Positions 46,885 to 56,262 of a stretch of DNA of 64,000 bases are shown here, piece by piece. The notes beneath the pieces are model-generated. The model saw nothing but the letters and a program-made list of their open reading frames with translations, did not search any database and was not told the origin of the DNA. Source of the DNA: Candidatus Binatia bacterium (lineage in GTDB: Bacteria > Desulfobacterota > Binatia > UBA9968 > CAXXLF01); the NCBI GenBank assembly GCA_963664015.2, contig CAXXLF010000001.1, forward strand, positions 960,001 to 1,024,000. The letters run 5' to 3'. Each line of letters starts with the position of its first letter. Position 1 is the stretch's first letter. The translations under genes and the position numbers were made by a program.

Positions 46885-47118
46885 ATGGCCCAGCCAGTGG
46901 TGGTATTTACCCAACCCGGTTGAGGTCCCTGCCAGAGAGAGAAGGAGTTTCTTTCTCAAAAGGGTATCCCCTTCGTGGATAAGAACGTACGGGACGACCA
47001 ACAGGCCCTGAAAGAGCTTTTGAACCTGGGTTATTGCAGTACTCCTGTAACCCTGATCGATGGGGAAGCCCTAGTCGGGTTCGATCCGGTCAAGCTGGAA
47101 GGGATGTTGGGCGAATGA
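46885..47118 (+). CDS. Glutaredoxin/NrdH-like protein with in-frame UGA (probable selenocysteine, UGPC motif)
   Basis: RBS GAAGGGAG. Reads MAQPVVVFTQPG*GPCQREKEFLSQKGIPF...STPVTLIDGEALVGFDPVKLEGMLGE. TGA at 46921..46923 sits at the first Cys of CxxC. Confidence 0.88.
46924..46964 (+). promoter_or_regulatory. Candidate bacterial SECIS element
   Basis: Stem GAGAAGGA/TCTTTCTC (46939..46957) with a G-containing apical loop about 23 nt after the UGA. Lower stem CCCT/AGGG. Confidence 0.55.
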
Positions 47119-47133
47119 AGTCCCGCCCCTGAT

Positions 47134-47835
47134 TCACTTGATCTGGGACTTCCATCCTGAGGAGCTAAGCATCTTCCCCGTCACCCCCTTGGATTCATCG
47201 CCGGCCAGGAATACGAAGGCATCAGTGACGGAGTCGGGAGGACTTCCCGTAAAGCCGGTGAGTTTTGTCGCCACGTAGCCCGGATCCACCGAATTGACGC
47301 GAATCTTGTGGGACCGGACCTCCGCAGCCAAGGTCTGGGTCAAGCCTTCGATCCCCCATTTGGACACCGCATAGGCAGAGAAATTGGCATAGGCCCCTCG
47401 TCCAATGGTTGAAGATACATTAACGATGGAACCGTTCCGCTGACGCATCATAATAGGGAGAATCGCCCGGGTCACAAGAAAGGCTCCCCGTAGATTCACA
47501 GCTAGAGTATAGTCCCATTTCTTCACTTCCATCTCAGCAAGAGGAACAGGACGGGTCATAACCCCGGCATTGTTGACGAGGACATCGATCCGGCCGAAGC
47601 GCTCTTCGATCTTAGCAACCAAGCGGGCGACAGATTCCTCCACAGAGACGTCACAGACAATTCCGAGACAATCCCGTTCCAGATTATAGATCTCACTGGC
47701 CGTCTGTTCGACCTCGGAACCGGTTCGAGCGCATACGGCAAGCCTCATACCCTGCCGCGCATACGCCATAGCCACAGCCTTACCGATACCCCTCCCGGCA
47801 CCTGTTATCAGCGCTACCTTTCCCTCAAGTTTCAT
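47134..47835 (-). CDS. Classical short-chain dehydrogenase/reductase
   Basis: Motifs TGAGRGIG, NNAG and YAVSK. Confidence 0.92.
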   Translation of the reverse strand: MKLEGKVALITGAGRGIGKAVAMAYARQGMRLAVCARTGSEVEQTASEIYNLERDCLGIVCDVSVEESVARLVAKIEERFGRIDVLVNNAGVMTRPVPLAEMEVKKWDYTLAVNLRGAFLVTRAILPIMMRQRNGSIVNVSSTIGRGAYANFSAYAVSKWGIEGLTQTLAAEVRSHKIRVNSVDPGYVATKLTGFTGSPPDSVTDAFVFLAGDESKGVTGKMLSSSGWKSQIK

Positions 47836-47910
47836 ACAGGACTCCACCTAATCAAATCTAATTTTCTCAAATATACAGCGTGACGGTCAGGCTGCCAACT
47901 AGTTTGGATA

Positions 47911-48020
47911 GGAAGCCTCCACGGGCTAACGCCCGTGGACTCCTTCCATTCTTCAGCGGAATCCGCGGTCGCACCCTTCTTGCTACTCCGCCGAAGCGGC
48001 TGCTTCAGCTGCAAAGGCGG
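47911..48020. repeat. REP-like / IS200-IS605-end-like palindromic element
   Basis: Perfect hairpin TCCACGGGC-TAAC-GCCCGTGGA (47918..47939) followed by further GC-rich palindromes. No transposase nearby. Confidence 0.45.
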
Positions 48021-48101
48021 AAAAAGCACTTAACAACAACTCCCGCGTAAGCGAACATCAGGCGAATATTCATCATGATAATCGAAAAAAGTTGACGCCC
48101 C

Positions 48102-49153
48102 GTGAACAAGACTCCGCTTCGTAACCGTGGCGCCAGCAAAAATCCGCCCAATCGGTTCGAGAGACTGTGGGTCGATCAATGTCCGGATGGGAACGAGCTA
48201 GTAAACCCCCTTACGCAATACCTCAAAGACCCCTCCCGTACGATCATCAGTACCAACGACAGCCCCGACGTCGGCTTCACCACCAGTATTATCCCTAACG
48301 GGGCTGCGAGCATGGTTGCGCCTATTGCTACGCCTGGCCCAGTCACGAATATTTGAATTTTTCTGCTGGTCTAGATTTTGAATCCAAAATTCTTATCAGG
48401 GAGAAGGCCCCCGAACTTCTGCGGCAGGTCCTGATTTCACCCCGGTGGACCCCACAGGTCCTCGCCATGTGCGGCGTCACAGACCCCTATCAACCCGTGG
48501 AGCGAAGCCTTGGCCTCACGCGGAGATGCCTGGAGGTTCTGGCCGAGTTTAATAACCCGGTAGCAATCGTCACCAAGAGCGTTCTGGTTACAAGGGACGT
48601 GGACATTTTAAGCGAGCTCGCCAGCCACAATGCCGCGGCCGTCTTCCTATCGATTACCACCCTGGATACTAACCTGGCCCGCCGATTGGAACCCCGGGCC
48701 TCCCAGCCTTTGCTCCATCTCAGGGCCATCGAGTCTTTGCGCCGTACCGGGGTACCTTCCGGTGTCATGGTTGCCCCAGTGATTCCCGGCCTGACTGACC
48801 ACGAGATCCCCGCGATCATCAGCGCTGCGGCACATGCTGGGGCTGAATCCGCGGGCACCGTGGTCTTGCGGTTACCTCATGGAGTCAAAGATTTGTTTGA
48901 GCAATGGCTGACACAGCACTTTCCCGATAAGAAGGCTAAAGTGATGAACCGGATCTGGGCAATTCGAAACGGTAAACTGAACGATTCGAGGTTCCGTAGC
49001 CGTATGAAGGGTGAAGGGATCTTTGCCAATCAGATAGCCTCTCTCTTTTCCAGTGCTTGCCGAAAAGCAGGGATTCACCACCGCCTCCCTGAACTCTCAA
49101 TAGCCTCATTCCGGCGCCCCACCGAGGGTCAGCTCACCCTGCTCGACGATTGA
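48102..49153 (+). pseudogene. PA0069/Rv2578c-family (SplB-like) radical SAM protein, frameshifted
   Basis: The N part (RGA..NP.NRF, NDSPDVGF..SI) and the C part (RGCEHGCAYCYA, GLDFE, GVTDPYQP) are in different frames. The break lies near 48290..48300, with an in-frame TAA before the CxxxCxxC motif. Confidence 0.85.
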
Positions 49154-49381
49154 GAATTTGGGACTCGGTACAGCAGCCCCCCACTCCTTTAAACTAATTC
49201 CCCTCCATTCCCTAATAGCCAGGATTCTACACTGAATCCATTTTTCCTCGATATTATGTTCCCCTTATTTGGACCTTGATTTTCCTTTTTTTCCATCACG
49301 TTTGCTCATAAGAAGCCGCACGGGAGGTTTCTGTTAGCTAGAAACACCCTATTTTATAGTGGGTTAGCGGCCTGCCCGGAG

Positions 49382-49398
49382 TTGGCATATTCCTAGCT
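49382..49398 (+). promoter_or_regulatory. Candidate sigma54 (-24/-12) promoter
   Basis: TTGGCATATTCCTAGCT has GG-N10-GC spacing, about 60 nt upstream of the mlaC-like gene. Confidence 0.35.
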
Positions 49399-49459
49399 TG
49401 ATTAAAGATCCGGGATCAATTCTCGCAGATTATTCTACCGGAAACCAAGACAAGAAGGG

Positions 49460-50119
49460 ATGATGAGGTCAAAGTTTAGAACTCTGATCACTTACACGCT
49501 TTGCGTCAGTTTCCTCCTATTTCAGGTGCCCGGCGCTCGCAGTGAGAGCGAGGGTCCCCTGACTGGACAAATACGTACCACCGTCGAGAAGGTGCTCGGA
49601 ATTCTCGAAAATTCGACACCAAACAATCCTTCCACCAGTGCAAAAAGCGATCTTGAAAAAAAGCAGATGCAGCAGGCCGAGATGGCCTACCGTAGCCAAC
49701 TCCGTAAAGCGATCTTTCCCCAGTTCGACTTTCCTGAAATGGCAAAGCGATCCTTGGGTCTCAACTGGCGTCCACGGACTCCTGGGGAACAGGAAGAGTT
49801 TGTCGAGATATTTACCGGTCTTCTAGAAGACTTTTTTAGCGATAACCTCAAGTCCTTTAAAGACGAAAAGTTTGTTTACATGGACGAGAGTCAAAAGGGC
49901 AAATACGCCAAAGTCGATACCATGATTGTGACCAAAGAAGGAGAAGAGATCAGCCTCAAGTACATGCTTCACCAAGTGGACGAAGACTGGAAGGTGTACG
50001 ATATGGTGATCGAGAATGTCAGTCTAGTAAAAACTTACCGCTCTCAGTTTAACAGAATTATTGCCAATGCATACTACCAAGAGCTCGCACGAAGAATTAA
50101 TAAAGTAGGTGAAAAGTAA
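49460..50119 (+). CDS. MlaC/Ttg2D-family phospholipid-binding periplasmic protein
   Basis: Signal peptide; motifs FDFPEMAKRSLG.NW and WKVYD..IENVSLV.TYRSQF. Confidence 0.88.
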   Translation: MMRSKFRTLITYTLCVSFLLFQVPGARSESEGPLTGQIRTTVEKVLGILENSTPNNPSTSAKSDLEKKQMQQAEMAYRSQLRKAIFPQFDFPEMAKRSLGLNWRPRTPGEQEEFVEIFTGLLEDFFSDNLKSFKDEKFVYMDESQKGKYAKVDTMIVTKEGEEISLKYMLHQVDEDWKVYDMVIENVSLVKTYRSQFNRIIANAYYQELARRINKVGEK

Positions 50120-50154
50120 CCGCCGGGCCGGCTCTCTGGCGACCAGCAGCACTC

Positions 50155-50529
50155 TTAACGACTCATTAACTTTAAAAGTATCAATGTCTTCTGAACGGCC
50201 TCCTTGGCCTCCTCTGCAGCCTTTTTAGCTTCCGCCGCCGCCACGGCAGCCTCTTCTGCAGCGGCCTGGGCCCTCATGGCAGCGGAGTCAGGATCACTCG
50301 ACGTAGCACCTACCTTTTCAGCGGCCTTATTGGCCCTCGCTGCAGCAGCTTGCATCCGTGCCAGCGTTTTTTCCATTCGTTTTACTGCTTTTTCTGCCCT
50401 TGCCGCCGCACGTTTAGCTTTACTGGCCTCTTTTTGAACGGCAACAGTAGTCGGAGGAACCGTTGTTAAAGGTGCACAGCCCCCTGCATATAGGGATACC
50501 AATATCGCACCAAAGGCTAATTGAAACAA
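50155..50529 (-). CDS. Alanine-rich coiled-coil lipoprotein (alanine-zipper type)
   Basis: Hydrophobic segment and lipobox AGGC, followed by Ala/Lys/Glu heptads. Start uncertain. Confidence 0.6.
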   Translation of the reverse strand: MFQLAFGAILVSLYAGGCAPLTTVPPTTVAVQKEASKAKRAAARAEKAVKRMEKTLARMQAAAARANKAAEKVGATSSDPDSAAMRAQAAAEEAAVAAAEAKKAAEEAKEAVQKTLILLKLMSR

Positions 50530-50748
50530 CGTCCCCTTTGGTTCTAGCCCATGGGGTTTCCTCCTTCATGACAGTTGAAAACCTGCTCCCTGAAATACCT
50601 AAATGCTCGTTATCGATCCGCAGAGAACTCGTGCATTCACGAAAAACTAAACGCAATAATCCTGCCAAGGACTGGTGCCCCCCCCCCCGACGTCGATGGA
50701 CAAGGGGCCAGTGGCACGAAACTCCCAGAACCGGGGCCTGGACGGCTA

Positions 50749-51540
50749 TCACTCTGGAGCGAAACGATTGAGTGTCATTGAAGCGGATGGGGCTTGAGCA
50801 ACGGTCTGCTCATACTTGACTTCAACGAGGAATAAGCCCTGCGGGGGTGCTGTGGGACCGGCGAGGGTTCGGTCTCCCAACTTTAGAAGTGCAGCAAATT
50901 CGGACGGCGTCCGTTCGCCCCAACCGACCTCCATGAGCGTCCCAACGATGTTGCGCACCATATGTCTCAGGTAGGCATTGGCCTCAATCCGGTAAACAAG
51001 TAGATCGCCATCACGAGTTAAGGTGCTGGAATGGACTCGACGGATAGGATGTGCCGCATCACAGCCGGAAGCCTGGAAGGAGGAAAAGTCATGCTCACCC
51101 TCGAGGGCGGCCATGGCCTCTTCCATGGCAGTGAGATCCAACGGGCGATGGACATGGCAGGTGAACCGACGGAGCAGCGCGGAAGCCCATCGCCCATTCC
51201 AAATACGGTACTCATACAATCGGCTTCGCGCGTCCCTGCGCGCATCAAATGAGTCCGCGGCCGATTCGAGTTCCTTGACAGCTATATCAGGGGGCGTCAA
51301 AGCGTTAAGCCCTCGCTGGAGTTTCCTAAGATCCACTGGGCGAGGACAGTGAAGGTGTGCCACCTGACCTGCCGCGTGGACCCCTGCATCGGTTCGACCG
51401 GAGGCATGAAGCCGAACCTTTTCACGCAGGATCTCACAGAGAGCCCCCTCCAATACTTCCTGGACAGTCCGCCCATTGGGCTGAATTTGCCAACCATGAT
51501 AGTCAGTCCCGTCGTACTCAATGATAAGCTTGAGGTTCAT
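50749..51540 (-). CDS. truA: tRNA pseudouridine(38-40) synthase
   Basis: Motifs YDGT.YHGWQ.Q, SGRTDAGVHA, GEHDFSSF, LRHMVR and PTAPPQGL.L. Confidence 0.97.
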   Translation of the reverse strand: MNLKLIIEYDGTDYHGWQIQPNGRTVQEVLEGALCEILREKVRLHASGRTDAGVHAAGQVAHLHCPRPVDLRKLQRGLNALTPPDIAVKELESAADSFDARRDARSRLYEYRIWNGRWASALLRRFTCHVHRPLDLTAMEEAMAALEGEHDFSSFQASGCDAAHPIRRVHSSTLTRDGDLLVYRIEANAYLRHMVRNIVGTLMEVGWGERTPSEFAALLKLGDRTLAGPTAPPQGLFLVEVKYEQTVAQAPSASMTLNRFAPE

Positions 51541-51553
51541 TGGAAAGCCCGAA

Positions 51554-51616
51554 TTTCAGAAGTCAGGAATCAGCAAAGCCGGACCGGACTCCGGCTACTG
51601 GCAACTGAACTACTGA
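51554..51616. repeat. Intergenic heptamer-periodic array (nnTCAGn units with inverted CTGA units)
   Basis: Units tttcaga agtcagg aatcagc ... caactga, ctactga. Similar arrays at 56892..56970, 58219..58243 and 61874..61988. Confidence 0.45.
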
Positions 51617-51623
51617 ATGCTCC

Positions 51624-52646
51624 TTAGAGGTAATCCCGTATCAGGATTTCGGCAATTTGAACGGCGTTAAGAGCAGCGCCTTTGCGCAGATTGTCGGCGA
51701 CGACCCAGAGATTCAGCCCATTGGATACAGAATCATCCTCCCGAATTCTCCCGACGAGAGTTGCATCAGTGCCCACGCAATTAATGGCCATGGGGTAGAC
51801 GTTCGCCTCCGGATCGTCACACAGAAGGATACCGGGAGCGGTGCGGAGGATAGTTTTGACGTCCTGAACCGTCAGTTTTTTTTCAGTCTCGATATTAACC
51901 GATTCCGAATGACCACAGAAGACCGGAACGCGAACCGTCGTGGCGGTCATGCCCATGGAAGGCTCTCCCAGGATTTTGCGCGTCTCGTTGATCATTTTAT
52001 CCTCTTCTTTCGTGTAGCCGCTTTCAAGAAAGGTATCGATATGAGGAATGCAGTTAAAGGCGATCTGGTATGGAAATTTTACCGGCTTGACGTCTGTACC
52101 ATTGAAAAGTGAGATCGACTGTTGGCTCAATTCCTCCATGGCCTGCCTCCCTGCGCCGGAAACCGCCTGATAAGTAGAAACCACCACTCGTTTAATCCGT
52201 GCAGCGTCATGGATAGGCTTGAGCACCACCACCATTTGAATGGTAGAGCAGTTGGGGTTGGCAATAATTCCCCGTTCAGGATACTGACCAATATCTCCCG
52301 CATTGACCTCAGGGACCACTAGAGGAACTTCCGGTTCCATCCGAAAATGGGAGGTGTTGTCGACAGCCACGGCACCGCTTTCTACGGCGATAGGCGCAAA
52401 CCGGGCACTGACCGTTCCGCCAGCGGAAAAGAGCGCGATATCCACGTCCTGGAACGAATCCTCCTTGAGCTCCTCAACTCGGATCCTCTTGCCGGCGAAT
52501 TCCAACACTTGACCGGCCGACCTTGAGGACGCCAGAAGACGCAGCTCCTTGACAGGGAAGAGCCTTTCTTGCAAGATCTCGCGCATCTGCTCGCCCACCG
52601 CCCCCGTGGCTCCAACCACAGCAACTCTGTATTTATCTCTCTTCAT
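51624..52646 (-). CDS. asd: Aspartate-semialdehyde dehydrogenase
   Basis: Motifs VGATGAVG, NPNCSTIQ, STYQAVSGAG and DNLRKGAA. Confidence 0.97.
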   Translation of the reverse strand: MKRDKYRVAVVGATGAVGEQMREILQERLFPVKELRLLASSRSAGQVLEFAGKRIRVEELKEDSFQDVDIALFSAGGTVSARFAPIAVESGAVAVDNTSHFRMEPEVPLVVPEVNAGDIGQYPERGIIANPNCSTIQMVVVLKPIHDAARIKRVVVSTYQAVSGAGRQAMEELSQQSISLFNGTDVKPVKFPYQIAFNCIPHIDTFLESGYTKEEDKMINETRKILGEPSMGMTATTVRVPVFCGHSESVNIETEKKLTVQDVKTILRTAPGILLCDDPEANVYPMAINCVGTDATLVGRIREDDSVSNGLNLWVVADNLRKGAALNAVQIAEILIRDYL

Positions 52647-52687
52647 GCCTTATCACCCCGGCTCGCAATCAGTTTGGTCTTCTCAGT

Positions 52688-53770
52688 TTAGCTTTTTATT
52701 TTCTCCCTCACCCTCTCGCCCATTTCCACACAGCCGATCAAGCGTCCTCCTTCTTGTTGGATATCCGCCGTCCGAAACCCTTCATCCAGGACCTCTTCCA
52801 CAGCCTTTTCGATCCGGTCTGCCGCCTTTTCTTGACCGAACGAGTGGCGAAGCATAAGGGCAACGGTCAAAATGGTAGCGAGGGGATTGGCCATGTCCCG
52901 GCCTGCGATATCCGGGGCACTGCCGTGAACGGGCTCGTACATGCCCACTTTACCCCCAAGACTCGCCGATGGAAGCATTCCGATAGAACCTGTCAACATC
53001 GCCGCCTCATCGCTGAGAATGTCACCGAACAAATTGGTGGTCACAATGACATCGAATTGCTTCGGACTCCGAATCAGCTGCATCGCACAGTTGTCGACCA
53101 GCAAATGGTCGAGCTGAATGTCCCGAAAGCTCTCTTCCCCGTGGACTCGAGTCACGACCTTGCGCCAAAGCTCAGTCACCTCGAGTACATTGGCCTTATC
53201 CACCGAGGTTACCTGTTTCCTCCGCCTCTGTGCCGCCTCAAAGGCAACCCGCGCGATGCGCTCTATCTCGGGGGTCGTATAAACCATCGTATTGACACCA
53301 CGCTCCGACCCATCGGACACTGTGGTCACCCCCTTGGGCTCGCCGAAATAAATACCACCGGTCAATTCTCGCACCACGACGAGATCCGTACCCTCTACGA
53401 CCTCACGTTTAAGCGTCGATGCGGAACTCAATGCAGCAAACAGCTTGACCGGACGCAGGTTGGCAAAGAGTCCCAACTCACGGCGCAAGGCCAGCAGGGC
53501 TCGCTCGGGGCGGACTGAATACTCCAATCCCTCCCATTTGGGTCCACCCATCGCCCCCAAAAGGACCGCTTGGCTCTGCTGGGTCAACTGTAGCACCGAA
53601 TCCGTCAGCGGCTGTCCAGTAGCATCGATGGACGCCCCACCGACCAATCCCTCTTCATATTCCACGTAAAATCCGTAAAGGGACGCCACCTGACTCAGGA
53701 CTTCGGTGCCCTGCTTGACCACCTCCGGGCCGATTCCATCACCGGGAAGAACCGCAATCTTATAGTTCAT
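52688..53770 (-). CDS. leuB: 3-isopropylmalate dehydrogenase
   Basis: Motifs LPGDGIGPEV, RELTGGIYFG, NLFGDILSD and EPVHGSAPDIAG. Confidence 0.97.
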   Translation of the reverse strand: MNYKIAVLPGDGIGPEVVKQGTEVLSQVASLYGFYVEYEEGLVGGASIDATGQPLTDSVLQLTQQSQAVLLGAMGGPKWEGLEYSVRPERALLALRRELGLFANLRPVKLFAALSSASTLKREVVEGTDLVVVRELTGGIYFGEPKGVTTVSDGSERGVNTMVYTTPEIERIARVAFEAAQRRRKQVTSVDKANVLEVTELWRKVVTRVHGEESFRDIQLDHLLVDNCAMQLIRSPKQFDVIVTTNLFGDILSDEAAMLTGSIGMLPSASLGGKVGMYEPVHGSAPDIAGRDMANPLATILTVALMLRHSFGQEKAADRIEKAVEEVLDEGFRTADIQQEGGRLIGCVEMGERVREKIKS

Positions 53771-55335
53771 GGACCCTGCCTTTCAACCAACTGGCGGTAG
53801 TGTTTTCGATACTCCAAACGATTCAGCGCGTTGATGTAGGCCAAGGCGCTGGCCATAATAATGTCGGTGTGCGACCCGGTTCCCGTAATACGTAGGGTTC
53901 CGTCCTCAATCAGGCAGGAGACCTCCCCTTGAGCGTCGGTGCCTCCTGTAATGGCCTTGACCGAATAACGCACCAACCTTGCCTGGGAACCGGTGATCTT
54001 CGCAATAGTTTTGTAGCAAGCATCCACGACCCCGTCGCCGGTCCCATGATCGGAGGATTCTTGATCATCAACTCGTATCTTGACCGTTGCCGACGGTATG
54101 GCATTAGAGCTGGAATTGACATTGAGATAGAGCAGCTCAAAGCGATCCGGCTGACCGGGCAGCCGGAGGATCTCCTCCGCGACAATGGCTTCAATATCTT
54201 CGTCAAAAACTTCCTTCTTTTTATCCGCTAGCTCCTTAAATCGAAGGAAGGCCCGGTTCATATCCTCGTCGTTGAGGTTGAAACCCAAGTCCTTCAGGCG
54301 TTCGCTAAAGGCGTGCCGTCCCGAATGCTTCCCCATAACCAGACGGTTACCGCCGAGCCCAACGCTCTCAGGTGTCATAATTTCGTAGGTCTGCTTTTGT
54401 TTGAGCATCCCATCCTGATGGATTCCGGCTTCGTGGGCGAAGGCATTCTCCCCTACGATGGGTTTATTGATGGGAATGGTAATTCCCGTGACCTGGGACA
54501 ATAGGCGCGAAGTCGGATAGATCTGCTCGGTGACCACATGGGTATCGACACCGAACAACGTTTTCCTTGTTTTGAGCGCCATGACAACCTCTTCCAGTGA
54601 AGTATTACCGGCGCGTTCACCAATCCCGTTGATTGTGCATTCAACCTGCCTAGCGCCATTTGCCACGGCCGCCAAAGAGTTAGCCACGGCAAGTCCCAGA
54701 TCGTTGTGGCAATGGGCACTCCAGGTGACTTGCCCCCCCCCCTCAGTGTGCTCTACCAGGTACCCCACCAGAGAACCGAATTCGGAAGGAATAGCATACC
54801 CGGTGGTGTCAGGTATATTGAGTGTCCTGGCACCGGCTTTGATCACCTCTCGGAAGATCTGGACCAGAAACTCGCGCTCGCTCCGGGAGGCATCTTCGGC
54901 AGAAAACTCGATATAGTCGATATGCTTCTTGGCATAAGCAACGGACCAGGCCGCAGCCTCCAAAACCTCATTACGAGACATCCTGAGTTTATGCTTTAGG
55001 TGAATGTCGGAAGTCGCAATAAAGATGTGAATTCCGGGATTTTTAGCCTTCTCCACGGCCTTGAGCGCCCTGTCGATGTCACGCTCTTGCGCCCGTGCCA
55101 AGCTAAGCACAATCGGACGTTCGATCTCCTTGCATATTCGATCGACGGAATTGAAATCACCCTCCGATGAGGCGGCAAACCCCGCCTCGATAACATCGAC
55201 TCCTAGCTTGTCCAATTGGCGAGCCAGCATGAGTTTTTCCTCGGGGTTCATACTCGCCCCGGGAGACTGTTCCCCATCCCTAAGTGTCGTATCGAAGATT
55301 CTTACAATATTGTCCTGATCTACGCTGTCAGTCAT
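53767..55335 (-). CDS. leuA: 2-isopropylmalate synthase
   Basis: Motifs IFDTTLRDGEQSPG, HCHNDLG, GIGERAGN and HEAGIHQDG; C-terminal regulatory domain. Confidence 0.96.
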   Translation of the reverse strand: MTDSVDQDNIVRIFDTTLRDGEQSPGASMNPEEKLMLARQLDKLGVDVIEAGFAASSEGDFNSVDRICKEIERPIVLSLARAQERDIDRALKAVEKAKNPGIHIFIATSDIHLKHKLRMSRNEVLEAAAWSVAYAKKHIDYIEFSAEDASRSEREFLVQIFREVIKAGARTLNIPDTTGYAIPSEFGSLVGYLVEHTEGGGQVTWSAHCHNDLGLAVANSLAAVANGARQVECTINGIGERAGNTSLEEVVMALKTRKTLFGVDTHVVTEQIYPTSRLLSQVTGITIPINKPIVGENAFAHEAGIHQDGMLKQKQTYEIMTPESVGLGGNRLVMGKHSGRHAFSERLKDLGFNLNDEDMNRAFLRFKELADKKKEVFDEDIEAIVAEEILRLPGQPDRFELLYLNVNSSSNAIPSATVKIRVDDQESSDHGTGDGVVDACYKTIAKITGSQARLVRYSVKAITGGTDAQGEVSCLIEDGTLRITGTGSHTDIIMASALAYINALNRLEYRKHYRQLVERQGP

Positions 55336-55347
55336 GTCCTGTCCTCC

Positions 55348-55384
55348 AAAAACAAAAACTCCCGCGGCGGGGCCGGCGGGAGTT
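55348..55384 (-). terminator. Intrinsic terminator-like hairpin between pssA and leuA
   Basis: AACTCCCGC/GCGGGAGTT stem followed on the minus strand by TTTGTTTTT, directly before the leuA RBS. Confidence 0.65.
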
Positions 55385-55410
55385 ACGAAATGCGGTTGCA
55401 GAGAGGGAAG

Positions 55411-56262
55411 TTACAACGAATCTGCGAAATCCCCTCTGTTCTCCCTCCGCCGATGGTAAATCGTGAAGAGCCATAAGAGCGGTCCAGACAGGGTATACAA
55501 TAAGAATGTGCTAAATAGCATGATCTGCGGCTCCGCAATAACCAATTTAATGAGTAATATTACAGAAAGCAATATCCAGATGGGATGCCGCTTTTTAAGA
55601 TCGAGCTGCTTCAGGCTGATATACTGAAAATTGCTAACCATCAACCCGGCAAGGCCGTATATGGCCAAGAGCAGAATAAACCTCTTGCTCGGATCCCCCG
55701 CACCACCGAAAAAGTGATACATCAACACAATGGACACAATCATTTCTGCCGCTGCAGGGATGGGTAACCCAACGAAGTGGGTTTTCTCTGCGGTACGGGC
55801 TTGGACATTGAAGCGGGCGAGCCGGAGTGCACCACAAATCACGTATAGCCCTGAGGCCAGCCAGCCCCAGGTACCCCAGGGCAAGAGCGCCCAGTAATAG
55901 ACCAAGATGCCTGGCGCCACGCCAAAAGAGACAGTGTCAGCCAGGGAGTCAAATTCGATGCCGAACTGGCTGGTAGTATGTGTCAAACGGGCCACGGCAC
56001 CATCCAAACCGTCCAAGATATTGGCCAGAATGATAAAGACAGCGGCCTGTACGTATTCTCCATTAAAGGTGGAGATAATCGAGAAGTAGCCACAAAAGGC
56101 ATTGCCCGACGTAAACAGGCTTGGGATCAGGTAGATGCCTTTTTTGAGCTGAGCGGTCCGCTCTCGCCGCTTCAAGGGATTACGACTTACCGCCTTTCGG
56201 GGTAGAATACGGACCCTTCTTCCCGACGAACTATTGTCGTGGGATTCACTGCTTGCGCTCAT
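55411..56262 (-). CDS. pssA: CDP-diacylglycerol--serine O-phosphatidyltransferase
   Basis: Motifs PSLFT.GN, DGLDGAVAR, FG.EFDSLAD.VSFGVAP and ALRLARFN. Confidence 0.95.
   Translation of the reverse strand: MSASSESHDNSSSGRRVRILPRKAVSRNPLKRRERTAQLKKGIYLIPSLFTSGNAFCGYFSIISTFNGEYVQAAVFIILANILDGLDGAVARLTHTTSQFGIEFDSLADTVSFGVAPGILVYYWALLPWGTWGWLASGLYVICGALRLARFNVQARTAEKTHFVGLPIPAAAEMIVSIVLMYHFFGGAGDPSKRFILLLAIYGLAGLMVSNFQYISLKQLDLKKRHPIWILLSVILLIKLVIAEPQIMLFSTFLLYTLSGPLLWLFTIYHRRRENRGDFADSL

Noticed and set aside
46829-47011. 60-aa ORF in the track
   Set aside because: It overlaps, in another frame, the much better supported UGA-containing glutaredoxin gene.
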